In this document: one piece after another, positions 1-10,863 of the stretch
Layout: the number at the start of each line of letters is the position of its first letter
Position numbering within the stretch: the stretch's first letter is position 1
Origin: a virus
Lineage: Duplodnaviria > Caudoviricetes
Length of the DNA: 64,000 nucleotides
Reading direction: 5' to 3' (one strand)
Virus record (IMG/VR): IMGVR_UViG_3300021256_000062
Span: 64,001 to 128,000 of that record
Notes under the pieces: generated by a model
Databases searched by the model: none
What the model saw: the letters and a program-made list of their open reading frames with translations, nothing else
Told to the model about the DNA's origin: nothing
Program-made: the position numbers and the translations under genes

Positions 1-319
1 AATCATTTAGTTCTGCTTTAGCTTCATCAGCTTCTTTTTGTATAGCCCTTAATGCTTTCTTACGTTTCCACATTCTTTCACTAAGTTTATCTAATTTTTT
101 CTGTTTTAAATAAACTTGTCTAATTAAATTTTTAAAGCCTTCTGTAAACATACCCCTAGCACTATTTAAATACTCTTCTAATAGACCATTAAGACTATCA
201 ACATTATAACAGCCTTCTTCATCATATTCCCCAAGTTCAACTTCACTATCAGATATATAATCACTGAATACATCATCATGAGATGATTCAAATAATTCAT
301 CTAAATCAAATCTTGCCAT
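1..319 (-). CDS. hypothetical early protein, 3'-partial (MARFDLDELFESS...)
   Basis: ATG at 319 with a GGAG RBS upstream; frame stays open to the window edge; not in the ORF track. Confidence 0.75.
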   Translation of the reverse strand, partial: MARFDLDELFESSHDDVFSDYISDSEVELGEYDEEGCYNVDSLNGLLEEYLNSARGMFTEGFKNLIRQVYLKQKKLDKLSERMWKRKKALRAIQKEADEAKAELND

Positions 320-509
320 CTTGTTCTCCTTTTATTTCATCTACATTTACATTTTGTAATACTTCATCTATTTTTCCACATTGTGGACATCCAATTAAAT
401 ATTTATTAAAGAAATGACTACAATCATTTACAAGAAATGCAAATACACACTCACATTTAGAGCAAGTGTGTATATACGAATATTTACCAGGTTTTAAAAT
501 GCTTCTCAT
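306..509 (-). CDS. small zinc-ribbon protein
   Basis: CSKC...CPQC pairs; ends in TGA. Confidence 0.7.
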   Translation of the reverse strand: MRSILKPGKYSYIHTCSKCECVFAFLVNDCSHFFNKYLIGCPQCGKIDEVLQNVNVDEIKGEQDGKI

Positions 510-512
510 ACT

Positions 513-800
513 TTAAGAAACCTCATTATTCGTAACATTACTATAAATTAACTCTCCGATATCATCCATATATTCACTAAAGTCTTTATCCATTAAATGT
601 AATATACATCTGAACATTGACCTTAAATCATATTGGTTATCTTCAATGATATATTCCCCACTCTCAATTAATGATTCAACTCTATCAAAATTAAGGTCTG
701 CCATCAATATCAGTGGAAATAACATTGGATTAGCTGTTTCAATAAACTCATTAAATTCCTTACGTAAATTTACAATATCTTCTCTAGTAATATTCTTCAT
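513..800 (-). CDS. hypothetical protein
   Basis: Tightly packed ORF in the early operon; AGGAG RBS. Confidence 0.7.
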   Translation of the reverse strand: MKNITREDIVNLRKEFNEFIETANPMLFPLILMADLNFDRVESLIESGEYIIEDNQYDLRSMFRCILHLMDKDFSEYMDDIGELIYSNVTNNEVS

Positions 801-806
801 TTTATC

Positions 807-1028
807 TTATCTCCTATTTAAACTAGTTTGTGCATAACTAACTTCAAATGAACCCGCTACAAAGTCATCAGCCTCTAATTTGTATTCTCTCTTTAAGGCA
901 TCAAGACCATCAATGATATTTTCAATACTTCCTTTTTTACAATGAGACCAATAATTAATTTCTTTCTTCTCACCATTAACTAATAAACAACTAATTGTAT
1001 ATAATCTTTGTCCTCTCATAAAGTCCAC
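807..1028 (-). CDS. hypothetical protein
   Basis: Packed ORF; likely start is ATG 1019 after GAGGTG. Confidence 0.65.
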   Translation of the reverse strand: MDFMRGQRLYTISCLLVNGEKKEINYWSHCKKGSIENIIDGLDALKREYKLEADDFVAGSFEVSYAQTSLNRR

Positions 1029-1031
1029 CTC

Positions 1032-1238
1032 TTACTTATTTTGAATTTTCTTTAGTTCATTAACATCATTTAAATCACTTACATATCCAACAACAAGAAT
1101 TCTTCCATCAGTAGCCCTTACTGTCACACAAGCAACATTCTCTTCAGAATCTATACTGATGATACATTCAGTTTTAAAACAATTAATTTCCTTATAACAA
1201 TTAAATGCTAAATTTAATGCTTTATCTTTTGTAAACAT
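1032..1238 (-). CDS. hypothetical protein
   Basis: AGGAGGGG RBS and ATG. Confidence 0.7.
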   Translation of the reverse strand: MFTKDKALNLAFNCYKEINCFKTECIISIDSEENVACVTVRATDGRILVVGYVSDLNDVNELKKIQNK

Positions 1239-1248
1239 ATTACCCCTC

Positions 1249-1398
1249 CTATAAGTTTTTCAATAATTGATTTTTAGTTCTTTCACTAATCAATTTGTAA
1301 TGAAAAAGATATTCAATAAAATCTTTCTTATCTTGATTACTATTAAAAACTTTAAAACACATAATACATTCAACATCCATGACTGATAAATATTTCAT
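1249..1398 (-). CDS. hypothetical protein (start revised to MKYLSV)
   Basis: AGGAGG RBS precedes ATG 1398; the longer track ORF overlaps the upstream gene. Confidence 0.6.
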   Translation of the reverse strand: MKYLSVMDVECIMCFKVFNSNQDKKDFIEYLFHYKLISERTKNQLLKNL

Positions 1399-1399
1399 A

Positions 1400-1609
1400 T
1401 TACTTTTCCTCCTTAAATACCTTAAATAAATAAGTGCAACAAACACTCCAAGTTTGTTTATCATATATTTTAACATTATCTACATATAATTTAAATCTAT
1501 TTTGACCTCTTACAACTAACATTCCTGTATGAGTTCCAATATTAAAAGTATATGTATTGTTACAATATTTAATATTAGTGCATTGTGCATACTTTAAATC
1601 ACATAACAT
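1400..1609 (-). CDS. hypothetical protein
   Basis: AGGAGGT RBS and ATG. Confidence 0.7.
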   Translation of the reverse strand: MLCDLKYAQCTNIKYCNNTYTFNIGTHTGMLVVRGQNRFKLYVDNVKIYDKQTWSVCCTYLFKVFKEEK

Positions 1610-1621
1610 ATTAAATACCTC

Positions 1622-1759
1622 CTATAATGTATCAATATATCTTTTTGCTTGAGCAACATCATTAAACTGATGATTTAACTCTTTAACAAATGTTGGAACA
1701 AACATTCCATTTTTACTAAAATCTAATACTAATGTATAACCTTTATATTTTGTAATCAT
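1622..1759 (-). CDS. 45-aa hypothetical protein (MITKYKGYTL...), first gene of the early operon
   Basis: AGGTGAGGTG RBS just downstream of a consensus promoter; below the track length cut-off. Confidence 0.65.
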   Translation of the reverse strand: MITKYKGYTLVLDFSKNGMFVPTFVKELNHQFNDVAQAKRYIDTL

Positions 1760-1786
1760 ACCAAACACCTCACCTTTGATGATTAT

Positions 1787-1815
1787 ATTATACATTTAAA
1801 AAATTAATTTGTCAA
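1787..1815 (-). promoter_or_regulatory. sigma70/sigmaA-type promoter
   Basis: TTGACA-17 nt-TATAAT. Confidence 0.85.
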
Positions 1816-1816
1816 T

Positions 1817-1847
1817 AAAAAAAGTAGCATATTTTTCATATACTACT
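1817..1847 (-). terminator. intrinsic terminator ending the tail operon
   Basis: AGTAGTATA/TATGCTACT stem followed by a T run. Confidence 0.65.
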
Positions 1848-1856
1848 AATTTTTTT

Positions 1857-2315
1857 TTAAATATCTTTAGTTTCTCCGAATCTCTTCAGTTTTTTAGCTG
1901 ATTCATATTTATCTTTAATAGTATCCCCATCTAGTTTTACTAAACCATGTTCAGCAAGTCTAGGTATTGATGTTTCTACATTTTCAAAGTATGTACTCAT
2001 TATTGGGAATAGATGCTTAGGACCTTTTGCATTTTGTAAATCTTGTTGATAGGATGCTAATTCATTATTCATTAAATTAATTTGGTGTGAATATACCTTT
2101 ATATTTACAAAATCTTCATCTGTTGGATTTTTCTTTTCTATTATTTTATCTATTTTATTTTGATATTCCTTAATTAATTCATTATATTTATTTATAATAT
2201 CAGTTGGCTTTGGACTACTTTTTACTAATTCTCGGTCTAGAATTGTATTATACACATCATATTCATTATTATCTTTTATTAAGATATATCTATTTTTATC
2301 ATTTAATAATGCCAT
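1857..2315 (-). CDS. hypothetical protein, last gene of the tail module
   Basis: ORF with RBS; coiled-coil middle. Confidence 0.7.
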   Translation of the reverse strand: MALLNDKNRYILIKDNNEYDVYNTILDRELVKSSPKPTDIINKYNELIKEYQNKIDKIIEKKNPTDEDFVNIKVYSHQINLMNNELASYQQDLQNAKGPKHLFPIMSTYFENVETSIPRLAEHGLVKLDGDTIKDKYESAKKLKRFGETKDI

Positions 2316-2329
2316 ATTTATTACCCCTT

Positions 2330-3520
2330 TTAATAATACAATCTAATAAATCCATCTCCACCATCACCGGATGCAGAACTTTGATAACCTGCCACTATGT
2401 CATAAATTTCTCCAGCACCACCACCTCCGGAACCAAAAGTACCGGCAACTCCAGCTCCACCAACACTACCCTTACCTCCAGAACCACCATTAGCTAAATA
2501 AGATGCAGCTCCACCACCTCCACCTTGTGATGAACCTTTTGTTCCTCCTGCTTTTTGACCAAATTCTTGATAGTATGGAGATATATCAGTAGATGAGTTT
2601 ATTAATTTATTTTTAAATGACTCTGTAGATGTTCCATTAGATGGGTCATATTCTGTACCTCCCCAGTATTCACCACCGTTACCACCAGACACACCATATT
2701 TAGAAAATAACACATTTGGTGCTGATACTCCAGTACTAGGAACTCCACCACGTCCCCCTTGAGCTAGAGTACTTGATGAATCTGTACCACTTTCACCATT
2801 ATCACCACAACCAGCAATCAATACTGAACTACTACCATTTTTAGTAATAGTTGTTGATGTTGGGTCAGTTAAAGTATATATGTAATGTGTTACAGGGATA
2901 AATCCTTGTTCTGTCCAAACATACTCAATCCAAGATGATGTTGTACATTTACCACCTTTTCCTATATTGAGTGTATATGTAGCATTATTTTCTAAATCCA
3001 TAACTATACCAACAAATGCACCTGAACCTCCACCCCCACCTCTGTTAGACCTATGTGGGCTGACACCTGTATTTGAATATGATATTCCACCTGCACCACC
3101 AGCTCCCATTGCCACAACAACTATCTTTTTAGGGATTACATTATCATCAAAATCAGATGGATAGTAAACTGTTGAACCTATGGTTAAAGTATCATTAGTT
3201 CTAACAATTGTAGTATTTTCAGTTATATCATTTCCTATTTGATTATATTTAGGAAATGTTCCCGATAATATTCCAGTTGCAACTGCGGTATCAAAATGTC
3301 CAGTAGGACTAAAGGTTGTTGTCCAATATGGGAATGAGAATTGTTGATTTGATATACCCATAATTGGAGGTAGATAATTAGTAGTCTTAACTAATTTTGT
3401 TGATGATATATTTTGATACTTTGGCCAAATATACTCAACATCAACAGGATTATCTAAAAAACTATATTTGGTATGCCAAGTAGGTAAAAATGAACCATTT
3501 ATAAAATATTTATCCCACAT
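2330..3520 (-). CDS. glycine-rich tail fibre/receptor-binding accessory protein
   Basis: GAGGAGG, GGGGGSG and GSGGGGAG...GGDGFIRLYY motifs typical of phage glycine-rich domains; follows the tail fibre. Confidence 0.65.
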   Translation of the reverse strand: MWDKYFINGSFLPTWHTKYSFLDNPVDVEYIWPKYQNISSTKLVKTTNYLPPIMGISNQQFSFPYWTTTFSPTGHFDTAVATGILSGTFPKYNQIGNDITENTTIVRTNDTLTIGSTVYYPSDFDDNVIPKKIVVVAMGAGGAGGISYSNTGVSPHRSNRGGGGGSGAFVGIVMDLENNATYTLNIGKGGKCTTSSWIEYVWTEQGFIPVTHYIYTLTDPTSTTITKNGSSSVLIAGCGDNGESGTDSSSTLAQGGRGGVPSTGVSAPNVLFSKYGVSGGNGGEYWGGTEYDPSNGTSTESFKNKLINSSTDISPYYQEFGQKAGGTKGSSQGGGGGAASYLANGGSGGKGSVGGAGVAGTFGSGGGGAGEIYDIVAGYQSSASGDGGDGFIRLYY

Positions 3521-3541
3521 AATCTATACCACCTTTCATCC

Positions 3542-5305
3542 TTAATTAATTAATTTATTTAATTCAACTTGTTGTTTATCAACTATTGTCTTTAATTGTT
3601 TAATTTCTTCTATTAATAAATAAACTAATTTATTTTCTTGAATAGATAAGTATCCATCCTTATTTTCATACACTAATTCTGGATATAATTGTTGTAAATC
3701 TTGTGCTAAACAACCAATTTGATTTTTAGCACCATCAATATAATCAAATCTCTTAATTGGTAAATCTAATATTGATTTAGTATATTTAAATGGACTGATG
3801 TTTTCTTTCAATCTTTGGTCAGATGTAGCATAAAAATTAACTGCAGTAACGCGACCTGCACATCCAATTTCATTTGCACTTAAATGATATGTGCTGATAT
3901 GTCCACCATGAATACCAGTATAACCTTCACTTGAAGTATATCCTACTTTTGTTATCTCAATCTTACCTTTTGAAATAGATAATAAATTATATTGTGGATT
4001 TTGAGTATTGCCCATAGATGTTAACTCATTATCTATTATTAGATTATTAAATTTTGCATTACCTGAATTATTAATATAATAATTAGTATTAGATGTACCT
4101 AAATATAATGTGCTACCTAGTCTTTTGTTAGCAGTGATTGTTTGAACAACATCTGAAAATAATACTCTATGTAAATTTAATTTTACATCATCCGTATCCG
4201 TATCTTTACCTATTACAACCCCATTTACTGCAGGTGTATTTATTCCACTACTTTTGATAGTAGTTCTTTCATATTCAGTTGCACCATTTGATTTTGTAAA
4301 AGTTAAGATATACTGATTATTAACACCAATATCTAGTTTAACATCTGACTCCAAATCACCATTTTTATGATAATTCAATGATGAGTTTTCAAAATAAATT
4401 GTATTATCTTCTCCAGATATAGTATTATCTCTTGCAGATAATGCTAGGAAAGGTTTTATAGAATTACCTGTATAAAATTCTACTTTTGAACTTTTAAATT
4501 GTTTGTAACAAGTTATAGTTTGGTCAGTGTCAATCATTTCAACTGTTCCAGATTGTTTAATATATGCCACAATTTCAGATGAACCAGTTTCTTTATTATT
4601 TAATCTAATAAATTTATTAGAATCCTTATCAATATTTAAATCATTAATTCCACTTGTATGTATATCAATAGAATCTAAACTACTTACTTTCGCATATGGA
4701 GTTATCAACTTAGCTGTTATTACTTTAGTGTTATCAATAACATCTAATGCAGATTTCTTAACTCCAGCATTAGTATGTCCACCATAAATATCATCTAAAT
4801 CTAATTTGAATTTACTATATTTTGGAATACTACCATCTTTAGAAAGACATAATGTGTAATACTCATCATCTGATGTTTGAATTTCAGGTATTGAATTAGA
4901 AATATATAATGCAATAAAATTAATATCACTATTATCTAAATAATCTAAATTTCTAGTATTGTATGTACTTGCATCATAAGGATATAATTCCCACATATTT
5001 ACATAATCAGTTTCACCTGTTATAGCTGTTTTAGATAATCTTATTGTTGCATACATATCTCCACTAGGTGTGAAATTCTTAACTTGGAAGAAATATCCAT
5101 GTATAAAAAATTCAATAACATTTTGTGAATAACTAACAATGAAACTTCCCTTATTTTGAGTAACTAATCTACTTACAATATTAGTTAAATTAAATTCGGT
5201 ATTTAATTTTGATTCTGGATTTACTGATATATCTACTCCACCATCATTATATTGTCTATAACCACTTGGGTACATATAAACATTTTCACTTTTAAAATAA
5301 CTCAT
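3542..5305 (-). CDS. tail fibre with C-terminal intramolecular chaperone (peptidase S74-like)
   Basis: SDQRLKENI...GCLAQDLQQLYPELV and a terminal coiled coil. Confidence 0.8.
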   Translation of the reverse strand: MSYFKSENVYMYPSGYRQYNDGGVDISVNPESKLNTEFNLTNIVSRLVTQNKGSFIVSYSQNVIEFFIHGYFFQVKNFTPSGDMYATIRLSKTAITGETDYVNMWELYPYDASTYNTRNLDYLDNSDINFIALYISNSIPEIQTSDDEYYTLCLSKDGSIPKYSKFKLDLDDIYGGHTNAGVKKSALDVIDNTKVITAKLITPYAKVSSLDSIDIHTSGINDLNIDKDSNKFIRLNNKETGSSEIVAYIKQSGTVEMIDTDQTITCYKQFKSSKVEFYTGNSIKPFLALSARDNTISGEDNTIYFENSSLNYHKNGDLESDVKLDIGVNNQYILTFTKSNGATEYERTTIKSSGINTPAVNGVVIGKDTDTDDVKLNLHRVLFSDVVQTITANKRLGSTLYLGTSNTNYYINNSGNAKFNNLIIDNELTSMGNTQNPQYNLLSISKGKIEITKVGYTSSEGYTGIHGGHISTYHLSANEIGCAGRVTAVNFYATSDQRLKENISPFKYTKSILDLPIKRFDYIDGAKNQIGCLAQDLQQLYPELVYENKDGYLSIQENKLVYLLIEEIKQLKTIVDKQQVELNKLIN

Positions 5306-5317
5306 ATACTAATCTCC

Positions 5318-5773
5318 TTACACTCCACTTGGATTACTAAATGACATTTCCCAAGTAATTATCACTGATGAATCTTCTGGATTACCACCCATTGTAATTA
5401 TATCAGTTAAGTTTACAATTGCCATAGGGTCAACATAGTTATTTTGATTAAATAACTCAATTGCTTTAACTGATTTATTAGCACCTATAACTACTCCAGG
5501 AATTGTTGCACTGAAATAAGCAACATAGTTATCATTCTTTAATTTAGTAAATCTATCTGAAATAGGAACTAATGTACTAGTAGTATCATCAGTATATACT
5601 ACTCTTATATAATTAGGTGCATTTAATTTATCATAATAAGTAAGTGTTAAACAGTTGCATAAGAAATACCACAATACATTAGTACCTCTATTGTGATATT
5701 TCATATTTTTAACTGCAATACCTTTATAATTAACTGTTATATTAACATTACTCTTTAATTTAATTGAACCCAT
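5318..5773 (-). CDS. baseplate/fibre-attachment protein (putative)
   Basis: Lies between wedge genes and fibre; beta-rich. Confidence 0.5.
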   Translation of the reverse strand: MGSIKLKSNVNITVNYKGIAVKNMKYHNRGTNVLWYFLCNCLTLTYYDKLNAPNYIRVVYTDDTTSTLVPISDRFTKLKNDNYVAYFSATIPGVVIGANKSVKAIELFNQNNYVDPMAIVNLTDIITMGGNPEDSSVIITWEMSFSNPSGV

Positions 5774-5787
5774 AATATAACACTCCT

Positions 5788-6492
5788 TTAATTATTAGAT
5801 GATATTTCATCATCATTAGGTGGTATAGAACCACTATTAACAATAACAGTAGTATGTGTTTTATTATCACTATTTGGTTTAAATACTTGACCAAATAAAC
5901 TACTACTATTTTTCTTATGTGTCTTATATGCAACAGCATTAAAGTCGTAAATATCTTGTTCAACATTAGTTGTAATAGTATTTACATAATAAATATTATA
6001 TATAAAACCAGCTGGTAATATATATTCAAATAAATCTTCAATTAATACTGTATCTTTTACATCTGATGGTAGATATAACTCTAAATATTGATATTCATTT
6101 CCATTATCATCAAGTTCAGATGTTCTAAATGATTTAATTAGTGTACCTATCTTTAGATTATATTCACTCTTAATATTTTGACTTTTAAATAGAATATCTA
6201 TGCAATATTCAATTGCAGCTTTAGTACCTTTAATTTTCATAATGGTTTTAAATACTGATGCCAATATTAATAGATTTGTATTTGGATAATCATGTTCACC
6301 ATAAAATCCTAATGAATATAATATCAAATTAATCATATCCAATAATGTATCATTTGACACGTTATTGTTATTAACCAAATTAGAATTCATAAGTAAATAA
6401 TTATACAATACTTCATTTACTCTACCTAATAATTGAAAATCTCTAGAATTTTCATAATAGGCCTCTGGTATACTTTTGTGAACTTTAATCAT
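5788..6492 (-). CDS. baseplate wedge protein (gp7/P2 gpI-like)
   Basis: KIKGTKAAIE and YILPAG motifs; follows the gp6-like gene. Confidence 0.65.
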   Translation of the reverse strand: MIKVHKSIPEAYYENSRDFQLLGRVNEVLYNYLLMNSNLVNNNNVSNDTLLDMINLILYSLGFYGEHDYPNTNLLILASVFKTIMKIKGTKAAIEYCIDILFKSQNIKSEYNLKIGTLIKSFRTSELDDNGNEYQYLELYLPSDVKDTVLIEDLFEYILPAGFIYNIYYVNTITTNVEQDIYDFNAVAYKTHKKNSSSLFGQVFKPNSDNKTHTTVIVNSGSIPPNDDEISSNN

Positions 6493-6503
6493 AGATATAC
6501 CTC

Positions 6504-9500
6504 CTAACTTCTAGATGATTTTACAACATCAATAGAACTATTATCAAAATCTAATTCTGCAAGTGTGAATCTATTTACAACATTATTAATATCCCACATT
6601 ATTGATGGGTCTCTGAAATTGTTAGTATCAATTACTTTGTCATTTGGAACATCATACATATAATAGAAATTCTTATTAGTACTTAACATACTTGATATTA
6701 AATTCATAAATGGTGCTTTTTCATCTTCAGATAAATTAAACTTATCATTTATTCCTTCTTTAACTTTAATTGGATATATAGTTAAATTTGATGTAGAATC
6801 ACTTGCAACAACTATTCTAATATATGCATTTTGATTTATTGTTGAAATATCCAATGTATTAACACCATCTTGAAGACTTGATGTTAAAGTTGAATCATTT
6901 AAATTTTGATATGTAAATCCATTTAAGGTTATACTTTCATTATTTACTGTGTTCTTATTATACAACATAGTTACTAAACTATTTTTATTTACTACCATTG
7001 GCATAGGTATAACTAAGTCAATTGTTTGTGTTCTATAATTTTCTAAATTAATGTAAATGTTGCCATCATTATTAATTTGTAATGGTTCACCTGCACTTAA
7101 ATAGTAATTTTTTCCACTTTGTATAGATGTATCAGTTGAACTTACCATAACTCCTGAATTATCTAATTCATACCAACCTAATGATTGTGGATTCTTTGAA
7201 ATTAATGTTGCAACAACTTCAAAGTAATTTTTATTTGAATCATATGGTTCAGTAGTTATTTTAGTATAAGTATCAGTTTCATCTGTATGTAAGTATAATC
7301 CATCAGTGACCATTTGTGCATAAGTACTAGATGTTACACTAGATGTTACATTTGCAACTTGTAACTTATAGTAATTGTGGTTTTCCACTGTAAATTCAGT
7401 TGCAAGATAATAATTATCACCGGTCTTTCTATACCAACCCATAACATTTGGATTTGGTTGAACACCAATAACTGGTTCTTGATATTTAAATAAATAACCA
7501 TTTAAAGTTAATAAACTAGTATCTACAATAAGTGGTGTATTACCAGAACGTTGAATGTATACATTTAACATTAATTGGTCTTCAGTAACATCTATTGATT
7601 GAGAGTTACCATAGTTTATAGTTAATGTTTCAGTAAATTTACCAGTTTCACAAACTATTTCTTGTGGTAATATTGGTCCACAATTAATATCTAATCTAGT
7701 TCTAATTTTCCAATTTTCATCTGCAACATTATTTTCTAATGTTGTCCATTTATTTTCTCCATAAATTTTATAGATGAATTTACTTTCCACATCTTTCAAT
7801 GTAGATGTTAAATCTTCACTTGGTTCATTTTCAAATGTGAAAGTATCACCACTTGTTAATGTTAGTATATTTTGTTCATCTACTTGAACAAAATCATTTA
7901 TTTTAAATACTATCTCTCTCCATTGAACTGCAGCATATGTCGATAAGTTTGTGTTGTCTAATTCACTTAATGATATTAATTTAGACTTATCTAATGTCCA
8001 CACAGTATCAGTCATATTTGTAACAAGTTTAGTTCCTGCACCAAATATTTCTACTTGACTCATTGAATCATCTGCATATATTAGATATTCATTTTCAGTT
8101 AGAATTGTAGTCATCTTACCATCAAGGTCAATATCATTAACATTGAATAAACTATTATCAACATTATCCATATACCAATACATCTTAATAATCTTAGCTT
8201 GAGCATTAGTTTTATTTTCAAGCTTTGTAGTTATCTTATTTAAGAATGCAATTTCTTCAGATGTACTTAAAGTATTGTATCTAACATCTCCAACTAAAAT
8301 TGTAGTTCTCTCACCATAGTATAAATCAAAATTAGGTTTGATAATTACATATTCTAATTTTTCAGTAGACAATACTTGAGTACCACTCATTGTTATTTTT
8401 GTCCATGTTGGACCAGTATAACTATAAATATATGTTAAATTTAATCCATCTGAATTTGTAGCATTTAGTTTTAATGTTTCATCAGTAGATAATTTATAAG
8501 TAGTATTCTTACTAATAAATACTTTACTTGAATCAGTTGAAGTTAGTAAGTAATTTACACCAGCCACTGCAGTATTACTAATTGCAAAACTTGGTGAGAA
8601 TAATTGAACAACTTGATTATCTTTTAAAGTGAATCCATTAGCACCTGTTACAGCTGATTTATCAATAACTAATTGTGAATCTATACTTGTAATATTATTA
8701 AACTCATTAGTTTTTATTTGTCCAAAACTATAATCAAAATCTTCATCATATTCAAATATATTAACTTTACCTGCTAATATATTCTTTGCAAGTAATACTA
8801 AATAATCAGTTGAACCATCTACAAATACTTCTTTTTCATCTTCATCTGCATACATAACTTTAGTTGTTATTTTAGGTTCATCTAATGACACACTCTTAAT
8901 TAATGGGTTAGCATTCTTAATTGTATCTAATATTAAATCATATGATAACTCTTGACCATAGTTAACTTTTCTTGAATTGAAATTTTCAAATAAAGCTTGT
9001 TTAACTTGTTTAATTAATTGTTCTCTTTCAGCATTATTTACTTTTCTTGTTGTTGTCAATTTAACATCTAATCCATAGTAATTCTTATATAAGAATCTAT
9101 GTGTACTACCTTCAGGTTTAATATAAGTATGGTCAATTGATTGCGAATTTTCAAATACTGCAGGGATTGTTGCCATATCTTGAGATGGAGTAAAACTCAT
9201 CTTATATAAATCTTCAGTGTTAATATTATTAACATAATTAAGTGGATATAATACTAAATCAAATGGATTGATTACAACTCCTGTTTCAGAACTTGCGGGA
9301 TATGAATATTCTAATTTAGGTCCACTACCTGTTAATGTAATAATAGGAATTGAATAGTTTATATCTATTCTTCTATCAGTTACTTGAGCATTACCTACTA
9401 TAGGATATCCATTACTATCTAAATAATTAAATAAGTAGTTTGCAAAATCTCTACAATTAATTAATGTATTAAATGTACCAATAGTTTTTTTAAAGTTGAA

Positions 9501-10472
9501 ATATGCTTCATCTATATTTTCAGGGTCTAGTCCATTAGTTGCTGCAGCTGAGTTCAATACTATCAATAATTTAGTATTAGTATTTTCATCTTGAACTATA
9601 ACAGATTCATCACTATTTTCATAAGTTAAATTACTTTCAGCTGGTTGATACAATTTATTTAGTTTTCTTGCAGGTACATTTCCATTATAGCCTGATGTAA
9701 CTACATATTTAACATTTAAACCATTACTGATTAATTCAACAATATTACTTGGAAATTGAATATATGGTAATTCTTTATTTGAGTCATAACCAAATTTATA
9801 TATTAACTTATTCGGTGAGTATAAATTTAAATTATCTACTTTAGTCCATTGAGTCCAGTTATCCGGTTCATCTACAGTTTTAATGTATATTTGATTTTCA
9901 GCTACATATTTTGTAGGGAAGAATAATCTATTATTACTATCTAAGTTATTTAATTGTATATCTGAATTTCCATTAATTAATAAATCAGTAAAAGTACCTT
10001 CACATATTTTTCCAGAAAAGGCATAATTTGGTTCATTAATAGTTACACTATCAATTAATGAATATATGATTTCATTATTATCATCTGTAAATTGTGTGGT
10101 AAATTTATCAAATTTAATTGGTTTAGTTTTACTTACATCCCCATTATATTGAATAGAAATATTTGTTGTGGCACTTCTATAATATTTCATATTGTAACCT
10201 TGTGTTTCAACAATATCTCTAAAAGCTGACTCTTGAGTAGCACTAGGAATATGTGCTTGTAATGCACCTTGGTCACAGTTATAATTAATTTTATCTCCCA
10301 TAAATCCTAGTAATTTAAGTAATGCTACTAGAGGGTCAGATTCATTTGTACTATTTGGGTCCCATCTACTTGTTAATGTATTAACTAATTCAGTTATTTC
10401 TGGATATAGTTTTTGGAAATCCTTATTAGTATATGATATATTACTAATTTGTAATTCTTTATCTGAATACAT
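6504..10472 (-). CDS. baseplate wedge protein (T4 gp6/P2 gpJ-like) with long C-terminal extension
   Basis: SYTNKDF...ESDPLVALLKLLGFMGDKINY N-terminus; GLDPENIDE...LINCRDF. Confidence 0.8.
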   Translation of the reverse strand: MYSDKELQISNISYTNKDFQKLYPEITELVNTLTSRWDPNSTNESDPLVALLKLLGFMGDKINYNCDQGALQAHIPSATQESAFRDIVETQGYNMKYYRSATTNISIQYNGDVSKTKPIKFDKFTTQFTDDNNEIIYSLIDSVTINEPNYAFSGKICEGTFTDLLINGNSDIQLNNLDSNNRLFFPTKYVAENQIYIKTVDEPDNWTQWTKVDNLNLYSPNKLIYKFGYDSNKELPYIQFPSNIVELISNGLNVKYVVTSGYNGNVPARKLNKLYQPAESNLTYENSDESVIVQDENTNTKLLIVLNSAAATNGLDPENIDEAYFNFKKTIGTFNTLINCRDFANYLFNYLDSNGYPIVGNAQVTDRRIDINYSIPIITLTGSGPKLEYSYPASSETGVVINPFDLVLYPLNYVNNINTEDLYKMSFTPSQDMATIPAVFENSQSIDHTYIKPEGSTHRFLYKNYYGLDVKLTTTRKVNNAEREQLIKQVKQALFENFNSRKVNYGQELSYDLILDTIKNANPLIKSVSLDEPKITTKVMYADEDEKEVFVDGSTDYLVLLAKNILAGKVNIFEYDEDFDYSFGQIKTNEFNNITSIDSQLVIDKSAVTGANGFTLKDNQVVQLFSPSFAISNTAVAGVNYLLTSTDSSKVFISKNTTYKLSTDETLKLNATNSDGLNLTYIYSYTGPTWTKITMSGTQVLSTEKLEYVIIKPNFDLYYGERTTILVGDVRYNTLSTSEEIAFLNKITTKLENKTNAQAKIIKMYWYMDNVDNSLFNVNDIDLDGKMTTILTENEYLIYADDSMSQVEIFGAGTKLVTNMTDTVWTLDKSKLISLSELDNTNLSTYAAVQWREIVFKINDFVQVDEQNILTLTSGDTFTFENEPSEDLTSTLKDVESKFIYKIYGENKWTTLENNVADENWKIRTRLDINCGPILPQEIVCETGKFTETLTINYGNSQSIDVTEDQLMLNVYIQRSGNTPLIVDTSLLTLNGYLFKYQEPVIGVQPNPNVMGWYRKTGDNYYLATEFTVENHNYYKLQVANVTSSVTSSTYAQMVTDGLYLHTDETDTYTKITTEPYDSNKNYFEVVATLISKNPQSLGWYELDNSGVMVSSTDTSIQSGKNYYLSAGEPLQINNDGNIYINLENYRTQTIDLVIPMPMVVNKNSLVTMLYNKNTVNNESITLNGFTYQNLNDSTLTSSLQDGVNTLDISTINQNAYIRIVVASDSTSNLTIYPIKVKEGINDKFNLSEDEKAPFMNLISSMLSTNKNFYYMYDVPNDKVIDTNNFRDPSIMWDINNVVNRFTLAELDFDNSSIDVVKSSRS

Positions 10473-10475
10473 ATC

Positions 10476-10850
10476 CTAGTCCTCCTGTTGGAAAATTACT
10501 AAACTGTAATTTTCTTGTGAATAATCTACTACATAAGTAGCTTTAATATTTGCAACTAATTTTCCTTTAGTTGTTTGAATGACATCTATGTCTTTCCTAT
10601 TAACAATTAATTGTGGCATAAATGTTTTAATTTGAGAATAAATCTCATCTATAATAATATCTTTAAGTACATTATTATTGGGTTCAAATATATATCTCTT
10701 TAGTCGTATTCCAAAATAAGGGTCTCCTAAAAACTGACCTTTTTCCGAACCTAATAAGATTTTCAAATTACTTAAAGTTGCTTCTTTATCAGTTATAATA
10801 TTTGATGATGTTTTATTTTTAAATATTTTTGGGAATCCAATTGATTTCAT
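10476..10850 (-). CDS. baseplate wedge/sheath initiator (gp25-like)
   Basis: NLKILLGSEKGQFLGDPYFGIRLKRYIFEP signature. Confidence 0.85.
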   Translation of the reverse strand: MKSIGFPKIFKNKTSSNIITDKEATLSNLKILLGSEKGQFLGDPYFGIRLKRYIFEPNNNVLKDIIIDEIYSQIKTFMPQLIVNRKDIDVIQTTKGKLVANIKATYVVDYSQENYSLVIFQQED

Positions 10851-10863
10851 AATTAAACCTCAC

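Noticed and set aside
2330-5305. Diversity-generating retroelement target in the fibre genes
   Set aside because: No reverse transcriptase and no template/variable repeat pair were noticed in the window.
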